Positions 28,959-39,199 of a DNA stretch of 64,000 bases are shown here, one piece after another. Each line of letters opens with the position of its first letter. Position 1 is the first letter of the stretch. The notes beneath the pieces are model-generated. The model saw only the letters and a program-made list of their open reading frames with translations. It did no database searches and had not been told where the DNA came from. Source of the stretch: Desulfomonilia bacterium (GTDB lineage: Bacteria; Desulfobacterota; Desulfomonilia; UBA1062); contig CAXXDQ010000004.1 in NCBI GenBank assembly GCA_963664325.2, positions 416,001-480,000 on the forward strand, in the 5' to 3' direction. A program made the position numbers and the translations under genes.

Positions 28959-30566
28959 ATGAACAGGAATAAAAGCAGAAAGGCTCAGATAATTCCGAGA
29001 GACCATATTTCAGGAGCGGACCACACGGAGTATGAAAAATTTATTGCAGAACTGTCCGCGAGATTTATAGCCATTTCCCCGGACAAGATCGATGAAGAAA
29101 TCGAAAAAGCATTCAAAGAAATTCTTGCATTTTTTGATGTCGACAGGAGTTCTCTGCTCAAGCTCCTGCCAGGCAAAACCTCATGGATGATTACACACTG
29201 TGCCAGTATTCCCGGCATACCGCCGCTTCCCTTAAATGCAGAGCTGCCTGTATCGCTTATCTCATGGGCATATAAAAAACTTGCAAAAGAGCGCAGGCAT
29301 TTTTCTTTTGAAAACCATGACGATCTGCCTGCGACGGCCACGAAAGACAAAGAAACATACAAGACGTTCAATATAGTATCAGGCATTTATATACCCATCG
29401 CAGCCCTGATGTCTTCAGAGTATTCCATCGGCGCCGCCACATTCAACAGAAACAGGTCATGGCCTGAAGAGTTCATTCCGCGGCTGAGGCTGCTCGGGGA
29501 AATTATCGTCAATGCCCTGGAGCGCAGCAGGGGCGAGCTTGAACTCCGGGAACGGCTGGAAGAAATCCAGAAACTGAAGCTTCAACTGGAAAAAGAAAAT
29601 ATCTACCTGCGTGAAGAAGTAAAAAAAGGACAGGGTTTCGAGAAGATCATCGGAAAAAGCGACTCCCTTAATTATGTTCTCTTCAGGGTCAAACAGGTGG
29701 CTCCTACGGATGCGACCGTGCTCATCTTGGGTGAAACAGGGACCGGCAAGGGGCTTGTGGCCCACGCCATACATGAAATGAGCAACCGCAGGGAGAGGCC
29801 CATGATAACTGTAAACTGCGCGGCGCTGCCCGCCAATCTGATTGAAAGTGAACTTTTCGGCCGGGAAAAAGGGGCCTTCACCGGGGCCAGCACCAAGCAG
29901 GCCGGACGGTTCGATGTCGCCAACGGCGGTACGATTTTTCTGGATGAAATAGGAGAGATGCCGCTGGAGCTTCAGGCAAAGCTCTTGAGGGTGCTGCAGG
30001 ACGGCGAATTTGAAAGGCTGGGGAGTTCAAAGACGATCAAGGTTGACGCAAGGGTGATCGCTTCGACAAGCAGGGACCTGAAGGCCGAGGTCCGCAACAA
30101 AAGTTTCAGGGAGGATCTCTATTACAGGCTCAATGTATTTCCCATTTCAATCCCGCCTCTGACCAAGAGAACCGACGACATCCCGCTGCTCGTGAATCAT
30201 TTTATCGGTAAATACTCGCGGAAGTTTGGAAGGAAATTTGAAGCCATTTCTAAAAGTACGATGAAAGCCCTTCAGGAATACAATTGGCCGGGCAATGTAA
30301 GAGAACTGGAGCATATAATCGAAAGGGCCGTAATCACGAGCCAGGGGTCTGTTCTCCAGCTTGCCGAATGGCTTGAGCATGATTCGGCGACAACTGCTGA
30401 AGGCAGATTTGATGATCTTGAGGCAGTAGAACGTCAACACATCATCAAAGTCCTTGAAGGCACATCCTGGAAGATTGACGGAACAGGCGGAGCCGCTTCC
30501 GTTCTCAAACTTCACCCGAGCACCCTTCGGTTCAGGATTAAAAAACTAGGCATCAGGCGTTCCTGA
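28959..30566 (+). CDS. Sigma-54-dependent transcriptional activator (FhlA-like; GAF-like + AAA+ + HTH)
   Basis: GETGTGKG, ESELFGREKGAFTGA, LDEIGE, FREDLYYRLNV, WPGNVRELE, C-terminal HTH. Confidence 0.95.
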   Translation: MNRNKSRKAQIIPRDHISGADHTEYEKFIAELSARFIAISPDKIDEEIEKAFKEILAFFDVDRSSLLKLLPGKTSWMITHCASIPGIPPLPLNAELPVSLISWAYKKLAKERRHFSFENHDDLPATATKDKETYKTFNIVSGIYIPIAALMSSEYSIGAATFNRNRSWPEEFIPRLRLLGEIIVNALERSRGELELRERLEEIQKLKLQLEKENIYLREEVKKGQGFEKIIGKSDSLNYVLFRVKQVAPTDATVLILGETGTGKGLVAHAIHEMSNRRERPMITVNCAALPANLIESELFGREKGAFTGASTKQAGRFDVANGGTIFLDEIGEMPLELQAKLLRVLQDGEFERLGSSKTIKVDARVIASTSRDLKAEVRNKSFREDLYYRLNVFPISIPPLTKRTDDIPLLVNHFIGKYSRKFGRKFEAISKSTMKALQEYNWPGNVRELEHIIERAVITSQGSVLQLAEWLEHDSATTAEGRFDDLEAVERQHIIKVLEGTSWKIDGTGGAASVLKLHPSTLRFRIKKLGIRRS

Positions 30567-30577
30567 AAAAAAACAGA

Positions 30578-30625
30578 CCGCAACAGGCGGCCCTCAATAT
30601 ATTGAGGATCCGCAATATTCTGAGA
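30578..30625. promoter_or_regulatory. Tandem palindromic upstream activating sequences for the sigma-54 activator
   Basis: Perfect 16-bp palindrome CCTCAATATATTGAGG (30592-30607) flanked by related CCGCAATATTCTGAGA (30610-30625) and CCGCAACAGGCGG (30578-30590). Confidence 0.65.
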
Positions 30626-30721
30626 GCCTTCCTCGCCCGTGCATCTTTCCAAAAGAACCCTGTTTTATACAAAACCGACTGATATTGTAAGGTTATAACT
30701 TCACTCCGGGCATGTTCCCTT

Positions 30722-30738
30722 CAGGCATGCTTTTTGGA
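30722..30738 (+). promoter_or_regulatory. Sigma-54 (-24/-12)-like promoter
   Basis: CAGGCATGCTTTTTGGA: GG-N10-GG against the consensus TGGCACG-N4-TTGC; about 110 bp downstream of the UAS palindromes. Confidence 0.5.
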
Positions 30739-30834
30739 TAAGCCTCGATATACCTGCTGCTTGAACCAGCTGGCCGTTTATAATCCTGAACAAGATTTTA
30801 ACGTGAAACAAAGACGGGTGGAGAAAAAAATAAA

Positions 30835-31158
30835 ATGATGCTGACAATTGAAATCAGGGCAAAAGAGGAAAAATTCCAGGAATTGTACCAGATGCTGCAA
30901 GCTCTGCTGCCCACAATCCGCAAAGAAAAAGGCTGCAGGGAATGCCGGATATACAGGGATGTCGAGGGTGGAGAGGTCTTCTTTCTTTGCGCCGATTGGG
31001 AGACCAAGGCAAACCTCATACATTATATGCGGACAGGCAGCGGCAGCGCCCTTCTTGGGGCCATCGATCTTCTGAGCGAAACCGCCAGGGTCAAAAGCGG
31101 CCAGGATGAAATATGGGAGGGCATTGATGCACTGAAACGCGTGCGGAAAAAAACATAG
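30835..31158 (+). CDS. Antibiotic biosynthesis monooxygenase (ABM)-fold small protein
   Basis: 107 aa; IRKEKGC..CRIYRD....FFL...WE....L..Y pattern of ABM/quinol monooxygenase fold. Confidence 0.7.
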   Translation: MMLTIEIRAKEEKFQELYQMLQALLPTIRKEKGCRECRIYRDVEGGEVFFLCADWETKANLIHYMRTGSGSALLGAIDLLSETARVKSGQDEIWEGIDALKRVRKKT

Positions 31159-31312
31159 CCTGCGTCCATGTTTATTCACCAGGGGATAATCTGTGAATGT
31201 TCAGGATGGGGAAACCGAATGATGCGGAGCAGAAAAAAAAAAGGTCGTGGTCAAAGAGAAAAAATCGGCGGCACGGCCTTATATGATAATCCGTAAGGAG
31301 AGGAGGAATTTT

Positions 31313-33741
31313 ATGAGAAAAATGAAAAGAATCACCAAGATCGCCGCTACCCTTGGCCTAACACTGGGTGCAGCCGGCGTGGTAACAGCGGGGGACCAAC
31401 CTGGCGCACCCTCTGCTGCCCAGCCGTTCAAGGGAGTGATCAAGACCGACGTGCGCGATTCCGTTCCGGACTGGGGTCCGTTCATACCCAAGAGGGCCCC
31501 GGAGGGTTCACCGAATATCCTCATCGTGCTCTACGACGATACCGGCCTGGCCATGTGGTCGGCATATGGCGGCCGGGTCAACATGCCCACGCTCGACAAA
31601 CTGGCGGCGAACGGCCTGACCTACACCCAATGGCATACTTGTGCCCTGAGCTCGCCCACCCGCTCCACCATCCTGACCGGGCGTAATCATAACCTCAATG
31701 GCCTATCCAGCATCACCGAAGTTTGCGACGGTTTCCCGGGGGCCAGCGGCCGCATTCCCGAACAATGCGCCACGGTAGGAGAGATCCTCCAGGACAATGG
31801 CTGGAGCACCTTCTGGGTGGGAAAAAATCATAATGTCCCGGTTCAGGACATCGCCTCCGGCGCGACCCGCAAGTATTGGCCGCTCCAGATGGGCTTCGAC
31901 CGCTTCTATGGCTTCCTGGGTGGCGAATCCAGCCAGTGGTACCCTGATCTGGTCGAGGACAATCATTACATCGATCAGCCCTACTTCCCCGAGCAGGGCT
32001 ACCATCTTTCAAGGGACCTGGCCGACCATGCCATTTCCATGATCCGCGACCAGAAGGCCGGCAATCCATCGAAACCCTGGTTCATGTGGTTCTGCCCCGG
32101 CGCTATGCACGCCCCACACCAGGCGCCGAAAGATTATATCGCCAAGTACAAAGGTAAGTTCGACGACGGCTATGATGCCTACCGCAAGTGGGTCCTGCCG
32201 CGCATGATCGCCAAGGGCGTCATTCCCAGGGGCACCGAACTGACCCCATTTAATCCCTTGCCGCCTAATTACACGAACAAAGTGGATTATGTGCGTCCCT
32301 GGGGCTCGCTCAAGCCTGAAGAAAAAAAGCTCTTCTGCCGCATGGCCGAGGTCTATGCCGCATATTCCGAGTACACGGATGCACAGGTCGGCCGCATCAT
32401 CGAGTACCTGAAGGGCACGGGCCAGCTCGACAACACGCTCGTCATCTACTGCGCGGACAATGGGGCCTCGGGCGAGGGCACACCCAACGGTTCGGTCAAC
32501 GAGAACAAGTTCTTCAATGGCTACCCGGACGAGCTGGCCGAGAATATGAAGCTTATCGACAAACTGGGTGGACCGGACACCTACGAGCACATCCCCACCG
32601 GGTGGGCTGCCGCCTTTTCGACCCCGTTCAAGATGTTCAAGCGCTACTCCGAGTATGCTGGCGGCACCTGTGACCCGCTCGTCATTTCGTGGCCAAAAGG
32701 CATCAAGGCGAAGGGTGAAGTGAGGAACCAGTACCACCACTCCGTTGATATTGTGCCGACAATCCTGGAAGTCTGCGGGCTAGAGATGCCGAAGATGTAT
32801 AGAGGGGTCGAACAGTATCCGCTCTCCGGCGTTTCCATGCGCTACACCTTCAACGCCGCACCGGATGCGCCAACCCAGAAGCATCGCCAGTACTATGCCA
32901 TGATGGGCACCCGCGCCCTTTGGGAGGACGGCTGGAAGGCGGTTTCGCTCCATGCCCCCATGGGCGGCAAGGGACATTATGATCAGGACCCCTGGGAACT
33001 CTACCATGTGGATGTGGACCGCGCCGAGTCGAAAGATCTGGCCAAGGAGTATCCCGAGAAGCTTCAGGCCCTCATAAAGGCATGGTTTGAGGAGGCGGAC
33101 AGGAACAATGTGCTTCCCCTCGATGACCGCCCGGCCTTGGAACTGAGCCTGGTTCCTCGTCCCACGGAAGAGGCCCCGCGTGAGCGCTATATCTATTATC
33201 CTGGCACCGCGCCGGTCCCGGAGTCCTCCGCGGCCGACGTCATCGGCGCTCCTACAAGATCCTGGCCGATGTGGTGATTACCGACCCGAACTGCGGCGGC
33301 GTCATCTTCGCCCACGGTTCGCGCTTCGGAGGCCATGCCCTGTTCATCAAGAACCAGAGGCTGCATTACGTGTACAACTTCCTGGGCATAAAGCCGGAGC
33401 AGGAATTCGTCTCACCCATGCTCAAGCCCGGCAAATACACTTTGGGCATGGAGTTCATCAGGGAGAAGACTGGCCCCCACCAGGAAACCCTGGGCACGGC
33501 AAAGCTCTATGTCAACGACAAGGTCGTGGCGCAGGGCCCGATGAAAACCCAGCCCGGCAAATTCACGCTCTCGGGAGACGGCCTTTGCGTGGGATACGAC
33601 AGCGGCGATGCAGTGAGCAGACAATACAAATCTCCGGGTAAATTCCGCGGCGGCAGAATCATTGGCGTCGGCGTCACCATTGAAAAAACCGGGTATCTCA
33701 ATCTCGAAATGGAGGCTCAGAGGGCATTGAGCAGGGATTAG
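31313..33741 (+). pseudogene. Exported Ser-type arylsulfatase (AtsA/AslA-like) split by a 1-nt frameshift at about 33247 (true lesion or sequence error)
   Basis: Signal peptide; PNILIVLYDDTG, SSPTRSTILTGR, GKNH, HAPHQ, DNG, WELY; frame switches at ATC GGC GC TCC TAC AAG into the C-terminal ORF 33271-33741. Confidence 0.85.
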
Positions 33742-33799
33742 ACGGTGCCGCAAGGCATTGCTATTGTGTAAGGACAGGGTGTAAAAAGCAGTTTAACTC

Positions 33800-33829
33800 A
33801 TGGACCGCCGCTTAGCCACGGCGGTCCAT
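33800..33829 (+). terminator. Stem-loop between sulfatase and maturase genes
   Basis: ATGGACCGCCG-N8-CGGCGGTCCAT, a perfect 11-bp stem with a weak T-tract. Confidence 0.5.
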
Positions 33830-33914
33830 TCATCAATGACGTAAGATGCACTTCCCGCGCGATAGCCAGAAGATATTTTTGTTTGAGGTTGATATATGAC
33901 AGAAAGGAATTAGT

Positions 33915-35189
33915 ATGAGTGCTGGTCAGGACATGAACAATTCCATCCCCCAGGGGCTTCACATCGTGGCCAAGCCCGTAGGCCCAGCATGCAATCTCAA
34001 CTGCGAGTACTGCTTCTATCTTGAAAAAAAAGCGCTGTTCCCGCAGGGTGAAAACTTCAGGATGCCGGGGAAAATCCTTTCATCTTTCATAAAATCATAT
34101 ATAGTGTCCCAGCCGACGCCTGTGGTTGAATTCGTCTGGCAGGGGGGCGAGCCCACGCTTCTCGGGATCGATTTTTTCAAGCAGGTCGTTGCAGAGCAGA
34201 AACCCCACAGGAAAAATAAGACCATTCGAAATTCGCTTCAGACCAACGGAACGCTCCTTACTGACGAATGGTGCAGGTTCCTGAAGAATAACGATTTTAT
34301 AGTTGGCGTAAGTCTGGACGGACCGGAAGAAATACATGACAGATACAGGCGGGACCGGAAAGGCAATGGCACGTTTGAAAGGGTTATGCACGGCCTGAGG
34401 CTTCTCAAGAAACATGGCGTTGAACATAACGTGCTTGCCTGCGTCACACGGGATACCGCGTTAAGGCCGCTCGAGGTCTACAGGTTCTTCAGGGACGAGG
34501 GAATCAAATTCCTACAATTCTCTCCGGTGGTCGAATGCCTGCCTGACGACGAGAGCAGAAGGATGGGCTTAAGCCTTGCGTTTCCGCATATGGGAGGCGT
34601 CAGACAGCAGGCGGAGATCGCGCCTTTTTCCGTTGATCCTGTGGGTTATGCCGATTTCCTGATAGCGATTTACGAGGAATGGATAAGGCACGACGTGGGA
34701 GAGATGTTCGTGATGAACTTCGAATGGGCGCTCAATGCATGGCTGGGAAACCCATCGCCCGTCTGCGTTCATGCAGAGCAGTGCGGCCGATCGCTGGTGA
34801 TAGAGCATAACGGAGACGTCTATGCATGTGACCACTGCGTCTACCCTCAGTTCAGGCTGGGCAACATCCTTTCCGGGAGCCTTCCGGACATGGTAAACAA
34901 ATCCTTTAATTCCGGCTTCGGCATTACAAAAGAAAGAGACCTGCCAAGACAGTGCAGGGAATGTGGTGTCCTCAGAGCATGCAGGGGGGGATGCCCGAAA
35001 CACCGCTTTTCGCATGCAGGTGATGACGGTTTAAGGGTCAATTACCTGTGCGAGGGCTATAAAAAGTTTTTCAGCTACATTGCAAAATATTTAAAGGTAA
35101 TGGCGACACTCCTTGAAAACGGCCTCCCCGCCTCTATGGTGATGGAAGCCATCAAAGGCCCGCTCGTTGTTAAACTTGACGGAAAATAG
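33915..35189 (+). CDS. Anaerobic sulfatase-maturating enzyme (radical SAM/SPASM, AtsB/AslB/ChuR family)
   Basis: AKPVGPACNLNCEYCFY, WQGGEPTL, QTNG, SLDG, SPASM cysteines (CVHAEQCG, YACDH, CRECGVLRACRGGCPKHR, YLCEGY). Confidence 0.95.
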   Translation: MSAGQDMNNSIPQGLHIVAKPVGPACNLNCEYCFYLEKKALFPQGENFRMPGKILSSFIKSYIVSQPTPVVEFVWQGGEPTLLGIDFFKQVVAEQKPHRKNKTIRNSLQTNGTLLTDEWCRFLKNNDFIVGVSLDGPEEIHDRYRRDRKGNGTFERVMHGLRLLKKHGVEHNVLACVTRDTALRPLEVYRFFRDEGIKFLQFSPVVECLPDDESRRMGLSLAFPHMGGVRQQAEIAPFSVDPVGYADFLIAIYEEWIRHDVGEMFVMNFEWALNAWLGNPSPVCVHAEQCGRSLVIEHNGDVYACDHCVYPQFRLGNILSGSLPDMVNKSFNSGFGITKERDLPRQCRECGVLRACRGGCPKHRFSHAGDDGLRVNYLCEGYKKFFSYIAKYLKVMATLLENGLPASMVMEAIKGPLVVKLDGK

Positions 35190-35304
35190 TTTTAGGCACC
35201 TCCCCCACACCTTCTGACGAAACTATGCGATTGCGCTAATCTTGAGTCTATAATAAAAGACATTTGTTTATTTAATAAAAGAAAAATCAATTCTAGGAGG
35301 CAGT

Positions 35305-36453
35305 ATGCAGTTTTCACTTAGCGATGAGCACAAGATGGTCCAGGACATGGCGAGGAAGTTCGTTGACAAAGAACTCAAACCTATAGCCGCTCAGCTCGAC
35401 AAGGACCACAGACATTCGGATGCTGTTATAGCACAAATGGCCGAGATGGGCTTCATGGGTGTTGCCGCACCTTGCGAATATGGAGGGGCCGGCATGGATT
35501 ATCTTGCTTATGCGCTGATACTGATAGAAATATCACGCGGATGCGCCAGCACAGGCGTCATCATGTCGGTTAACAATTCCCTATACGGCTTCCCGGTAAA
35601 GACCTTCGGCTCGGAAGAACAGAAGATTAAATTCCTGACGCCGGTTGCATCCGGAGTAAGCCACGGCTGCTATGGCCTTACCGAGGCGAATGCAGGCTCC
35701 GACGCAGCCGGTATGAAGTCTACGGCCGTTCTTGACGGCGATTGCTGGATTTTAAACGGCGAAAAGAAATTCATAACGAACGGCAATATCGCAAAATATG
35801 CAGTCGTGGCCGCGATCACGGACAGGGAGAAGGGTTCGAAGGGCATCAGCCAGTTCGTCATCGACCTTGAAAATACGCCGGGTTTCTCGGTCGGTAAGGT
35901 GGAGGAAAAAATAGGTATCCGTGCGTCAGGCACGTCGGAGCTGGTATTCGTTGATGCAAAAATTCCGAAGGACGCAATAATGGGAGAGCGCGGACATGGC
36001 CTCAAGCAGATGCTCATGACGCTCAACTCCGGCAGGATAGGAATTGCTTCACAGGCCTGCGGAATCGCAAAAGCCTGCCTGGAAGAGGCGGTAGAATATT
36101 CAAAGGAAAGGGTCCAGTTCGGCAAACCCATTTCCGAACTGCAGGCGCTGCAGTTCAAGATGGCGGATATGGCGATGAGAATCGAAGCCTCGGAACTGCT
36201 CATAATGAAAGCGGCATGGCTTGAGAGCAACGACATGCCTTTCGAAAAGGAAGCCGCAATGGCTAAATGCTACGCAGGAGACACTGCAATGGATGCGGCG
36301 ATCGAAGGCGTGCAGATACTTGGCGGCTACGGCTACACATGCGAATACCCGATGGAGCGCCATATGCGCGACGCCAAGATCACGCAGATATACGAGGGCA
36401 CGAACGAAATCATGAGGGTGGTCATTGCCAGGAACCTTCTCGGCAAGCGCTGA
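35305..36453 (+). CDS. Acyl-CoA dehydrogenase (short/branched-chain type)
   Basis: LTEANAGSD, LNGEKKFITNG, KIGIRAS, RVQFGKPI, QILGGYGY, QIYEGTNEI. Confidence 0.96.
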   Translation: MQFSLSDEHKMVQDMARKFVDKELKPIAAQLDKDHRHSDAVIAQMAEMGFMGVAAPCEYGGAGMDYLAYALILIEISRGCASTGVIMSVNNSLYGFPVKTFGSEEQKIKFLTPVASGVSHGCYGLTEANAGSDAAGMKSTAVLDGDCWILNGEKKFITNGNIAKYAVVAAITDREKGSKGISQFVIDLENTPGFSVGKVEEKIGIRASGTSELVFVDAKIPKDAIMGERGHGLKQMLMTLNSGRIGIASQACGIAKACLEEAVEYSKERVQFGKPISELQALQFKMADMAMRIEASELLIMKAAWLESNDMPFEKEAAMAKCYAGDTAMDAAIEGVQILGGYGYTCEYPMERHMRDAKITQIYEGTNEIMRVVIARNLLGKR

Positions 36454-36486
36454 TCTGAAAAATTTAAATAAACCCTTAGACAGAAC

Positions 36487-36518
36487 AAAGGCCGCAGGCA
36501 AATAACCTGCGGCCTTTT
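36487..36518. terminator. Bidirectional rho-independent terminator
   Basis: AAAGGCCGCAGG-CAAATAA-CCTGCGGCCTTTT between convergent genes. Confidence 0.85.
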
Positions 36519-36530
36519 ATATTTGATGAT

Positions 36531-36935
36531 TTAATGATTATTTTTTAAACGGAATTTTATGGCCAGCCAGAGGCCGAAGAGCACGGTCCAGATGTTAATT
36601 GAGGCGTTCAGCGTTGTATCCATGGCTGAGATCTTGTACATGCCGTTCTGGTAATTGAAGCTGAAATCGAGCACTCCCAGGAACATCAGCGCCCCGCCGC
36701 AGGCAAGAGAGAGGGTCCTGCCTGCGGGATGGCCCTTGTAAAGCAGCCGGGCCGCGGCCAGAAGCCCTGCTGACAGAATTGCATCGGGCAGGGGAAAGGA
36801 ACGCTCATATTCGAAATATCCGGGCGGGGGAGTTTTCGGAGCCACACCGACAGTGAAAAAGCCGACCCAGAACAGGATCGTACCCAAAGCGGTAAGCGTT
36901 TCCAGGACAATGATGAGTTTGATATTGTTCAGCAT
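36531..36935 (-). CDS. Small 4-TM membrane protein of unknown function
   Basis: Four hydrophobic segments, YERSFPLPD loop; RBS AAGGAG. Confidence 0.75.
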   Translation of the reverse strand: MLNNIKLIIVLETLTALGTILFWVGFFTVGVAPKTPPPGYFEYERSFPLPDAILSAGLLAAARLLYKGHPAGRTLSLACGGALMFLGVLDFSFNYQNGMYKISAMDTTLNASINIWTVLFGLWLAIKFRLKNNH

Positions 36936-36994
36936 GGCAGGTCTCCTTATTTTATTTTTCTGTTGCCTTCCTTCCGCATCATGGGGACGGTCTC

Positions 36995-38482
36995 TTAATT
37001 TTCCCTTACTTTGAACGACTCCCCGTATTTCTTCCTGTAGTATTCAAGCCGGTCTTCGATGTTCTGAGCAGATGATATTTTTTCGTTTTTCACAGGCGGT
37101 TCATTTTTCAGGTTTTTTGCAGGCTGTTTCCTGCTGGGCGCTTCTCTGCCTTTCGTCTTTTCAGGCGGAGATGCTTTTCGGCTTTCCCTGTTCGCAGGTC
37201 TCCGGCCTTCCCTTTTTGCCGGCCTTTGAGGCCTTTGTCCCGGTCTTGCATTTCTATACCTGTTTGAACGGGCGGGCAGGATATAATCCTTTACGATCAG
37301 GTCGTCATCCGGCCAGATAACCGGGATTTTCATGCCGATAAGTTCTTCAATGGCCTCAAGGCTCTGGACGAACCGGTCGCAGGCGATTGCTATGGCCTTT
37401 CCCTCTTTGCCGACTCTAGCCGTGCGGCCTATCCTGTGGACGTAATCCTCGGGGTCTTCGGGAAGGTCATAGTTGATGACAAGAGGCAGGTCTTCCACAT
37501 GCAGGCCCCGCGAGGCCACATTTGTAGCCACGAGCAGTTTGATATGGCCCTTTTTAAGGCCTTCTATGAGCCTCAAGCGCTTTTTCTGGGGCAGGTCGCC
37601 GATGATATACTCGCTCGGGAAACCGTTTTCTTCCATCCTTTCTGTCACCCTGACAGCCTCGTCCTTTGTGTTTGTAAAAATCAGCGCCGCTGTTGGATTC
37701 TCCTTTTTCAGGATTCCCAGAAGCAGCCCGAACTTGTCTTCGGCGGTGACGTGATACAGCACCTGGCTTACCGAATCGACCGTCACCGTCTCGGGTGACA
37801 TCTCGATCTCTACGGTCTCATTCATGTGTTCCCATGAGAGCTCTCTTGCGCGGTAACCGAGAGTCGCGCTGAAAAGCATGGTCTGGCGCTTGCTGGCAGG
37901 CGGAAGCTTTTTCAGTATTTTCCTTATATCCGGCAGAAACCCCATGTCGAAGAGCCGGTCCGCCTCGTCTATTACGCATATCGCATACTGCTTTAAGTCT
38001 ATTTTCCTCTGGTTTACGAAATCAAGCAACCGCCCCGGCGTGGCCACGATGATCTGGGCGCCCTCACTGATGGCCTTTTCCTGCGGGTCATAGCTGCTTC
38101 CGCCGTAAACAATGCAGGTTTTTATACCGGTGTGCCTTCCCAGGATGTCCGCTTCCCTGCCTATCTGGACGGCAAGCTCACGGGTAGGTGAAATGATCAA
38201 TGCCTTTTTCCCTTTCAGGGAGGCTTCGGTCAGGAGCTTTTGATAGATGGTAACGAGAAATACCGCTGTTTTGCCGCTGCCGGTCTGGGACTGAACGCAT
38301 ACATCCCTGCCATTGAGGGAGTCATTAAGTGCGGCCTCCTGAACGGGCAGGCATTCGGTATATCCTGCTTCTGTTATGCCTTCAAGCAGCCTGGGATGCA
38401 GATTGAAATCTTCAAACTTCATATCCGGCACCGGGGTCTTATGTAATTCATCGTTAGCGGATAATTTTTCATAAGCCCGCAT
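36995..38482 (-). CDS. DEAD-box RNA helicase (RhlB-like)
   Basis: QTGSGKT, PTRELA, TPGR, DEAD, SAT, RGLH, HRIGRTAR; basic C-terminal tail; start may be 38422. Confidence 0.95.
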   Translation of the reverse strand: MRAYEKLSANDELHKTPVPDMKFEDFNLHPRLLEGITEAGYTECLPVQEAALNDSLNGRDVCVQSQTGSGKTAVFLVTIYQKLLTEASLKGKKALIISPTRELAVQIGREADILGRHTGIKTCIVYGGSSYDPQEKAISEGAQIIVATPGRLLDFVNQRKIDLKQYAICVIDEADRLFDMGFLPDIRKILKKLPPASKRQTMLFSATLGYRARELSWEHMNETVEIEMSPETVTVDSVSQVLYHVTAEDKFGLLLGILKKENPTAALIFTNTKDEAVRVTERMEENGFPSEYIIGDLPQKKRLRLIEGLKKGHIKLLVATNVASRGLHVEDLPLVINYDLPEDPEDYVHRIGRTARVGKEGKAIAIACDRFVQSLEAIEELIGMKIPVIWPDDDLIVKDYILPARSNRYRNARPGQRPQRPAKREGRRPANRESRKASPPEKTKGREAPSRKQPAKNLKNEPPVKNEKISSAQNIEDRLEYYRKKYGESFKVREN

Positions 38483-38644
38483 ATATCATTAAAGAGATAA
38501 TATTCATATGCCGAATCAAATATTGTTGAGTCTGCTGCCGGTTTCGGCAAAGTTTGACCGGGGAATTGTTTAACCTTGCATTGACGGTATAACGGTAAAA
38601 ATGATAGTTAGTGGCTCTCAAATCCTTATTTCCAAGGAGCGCAT

Positions 38645-39196
38645 ATGCTTGAAATCAGGTTTCACGGAAGGGGCGGGCAAGGCGCTGTAACATCGGCTGA
38701 ACTGATTGCAATCGCCGCTGTCGGAAAAGGCAAATTCGCCCAGGCCTTCCCGAGTTTCGGTCCGGAACGCAGAGGTGCCCCGGTTGTTGCATTCAGCAGG
38801 GTCGACGACAAAAAGATACTAATCAGGGCCAAGATATACGAACCCGATGTAGTAGTAGTGCTGGACCCGGGACTTATAACGCTGGTCAATCCGCTCGAGG
38901 GTCTGAAGAATAACGGCATCCTGATCGTGAACACGAGAAAATCACCCGATGAAATTCTTAGTGTTTGCTCGGCGTCCTGCAGGGTGGCCACGGTCAATGC
39001 GGATCTGATAGCAAAGGAAGAGCTTGGCAGGGTGATCGTCAATACGACGATGCTCGGCGCGGTCATAAAGGCGACCGGGTTCATGAAGATTGAAGATATA
39101 CGCGAAGCAATACTGGACCGCTTCGGGCCAAAGCTCGGCGAGAAGAACCTCAAAGCGCTTGAACGGGCGTACAACGAAGTCGTGATAAAGGAGTAG
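38645..39196 (+). CDS. porC: 2-oxoacid (pyruvate):ferredoxin oxidoreductase gamma subunit
   Basis: EIRFHGRGGQG, FPSFGPERRGAPV, NTTMLGA. Confidence 0.93.
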   Translation: MLEIRFHGRGGQGAVTSAELIAIAAVGKGKFAQAFPSFGPERRGAPVVAFSRVDDKKILIRAKIYEPDVVVVLDPGLITLVNPLEGLKNNGILIVNTRKSPDEILSVCSASCRVATVNADLIAKEELGRVIVNTTMLGAVIKATGFMKIEDIREAILDRFGPKLGEKNLKALERAYNEVVIKE

Positions 39197-39199
39197 GCC

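Noticed and set aside
33230-33280. Programmed ribosomal frameshift in the sulfatase
   Set aside because: No slippery heptamer, homopolymer or stimulatory structure at the junction; a simple 1-nt deletion explains it
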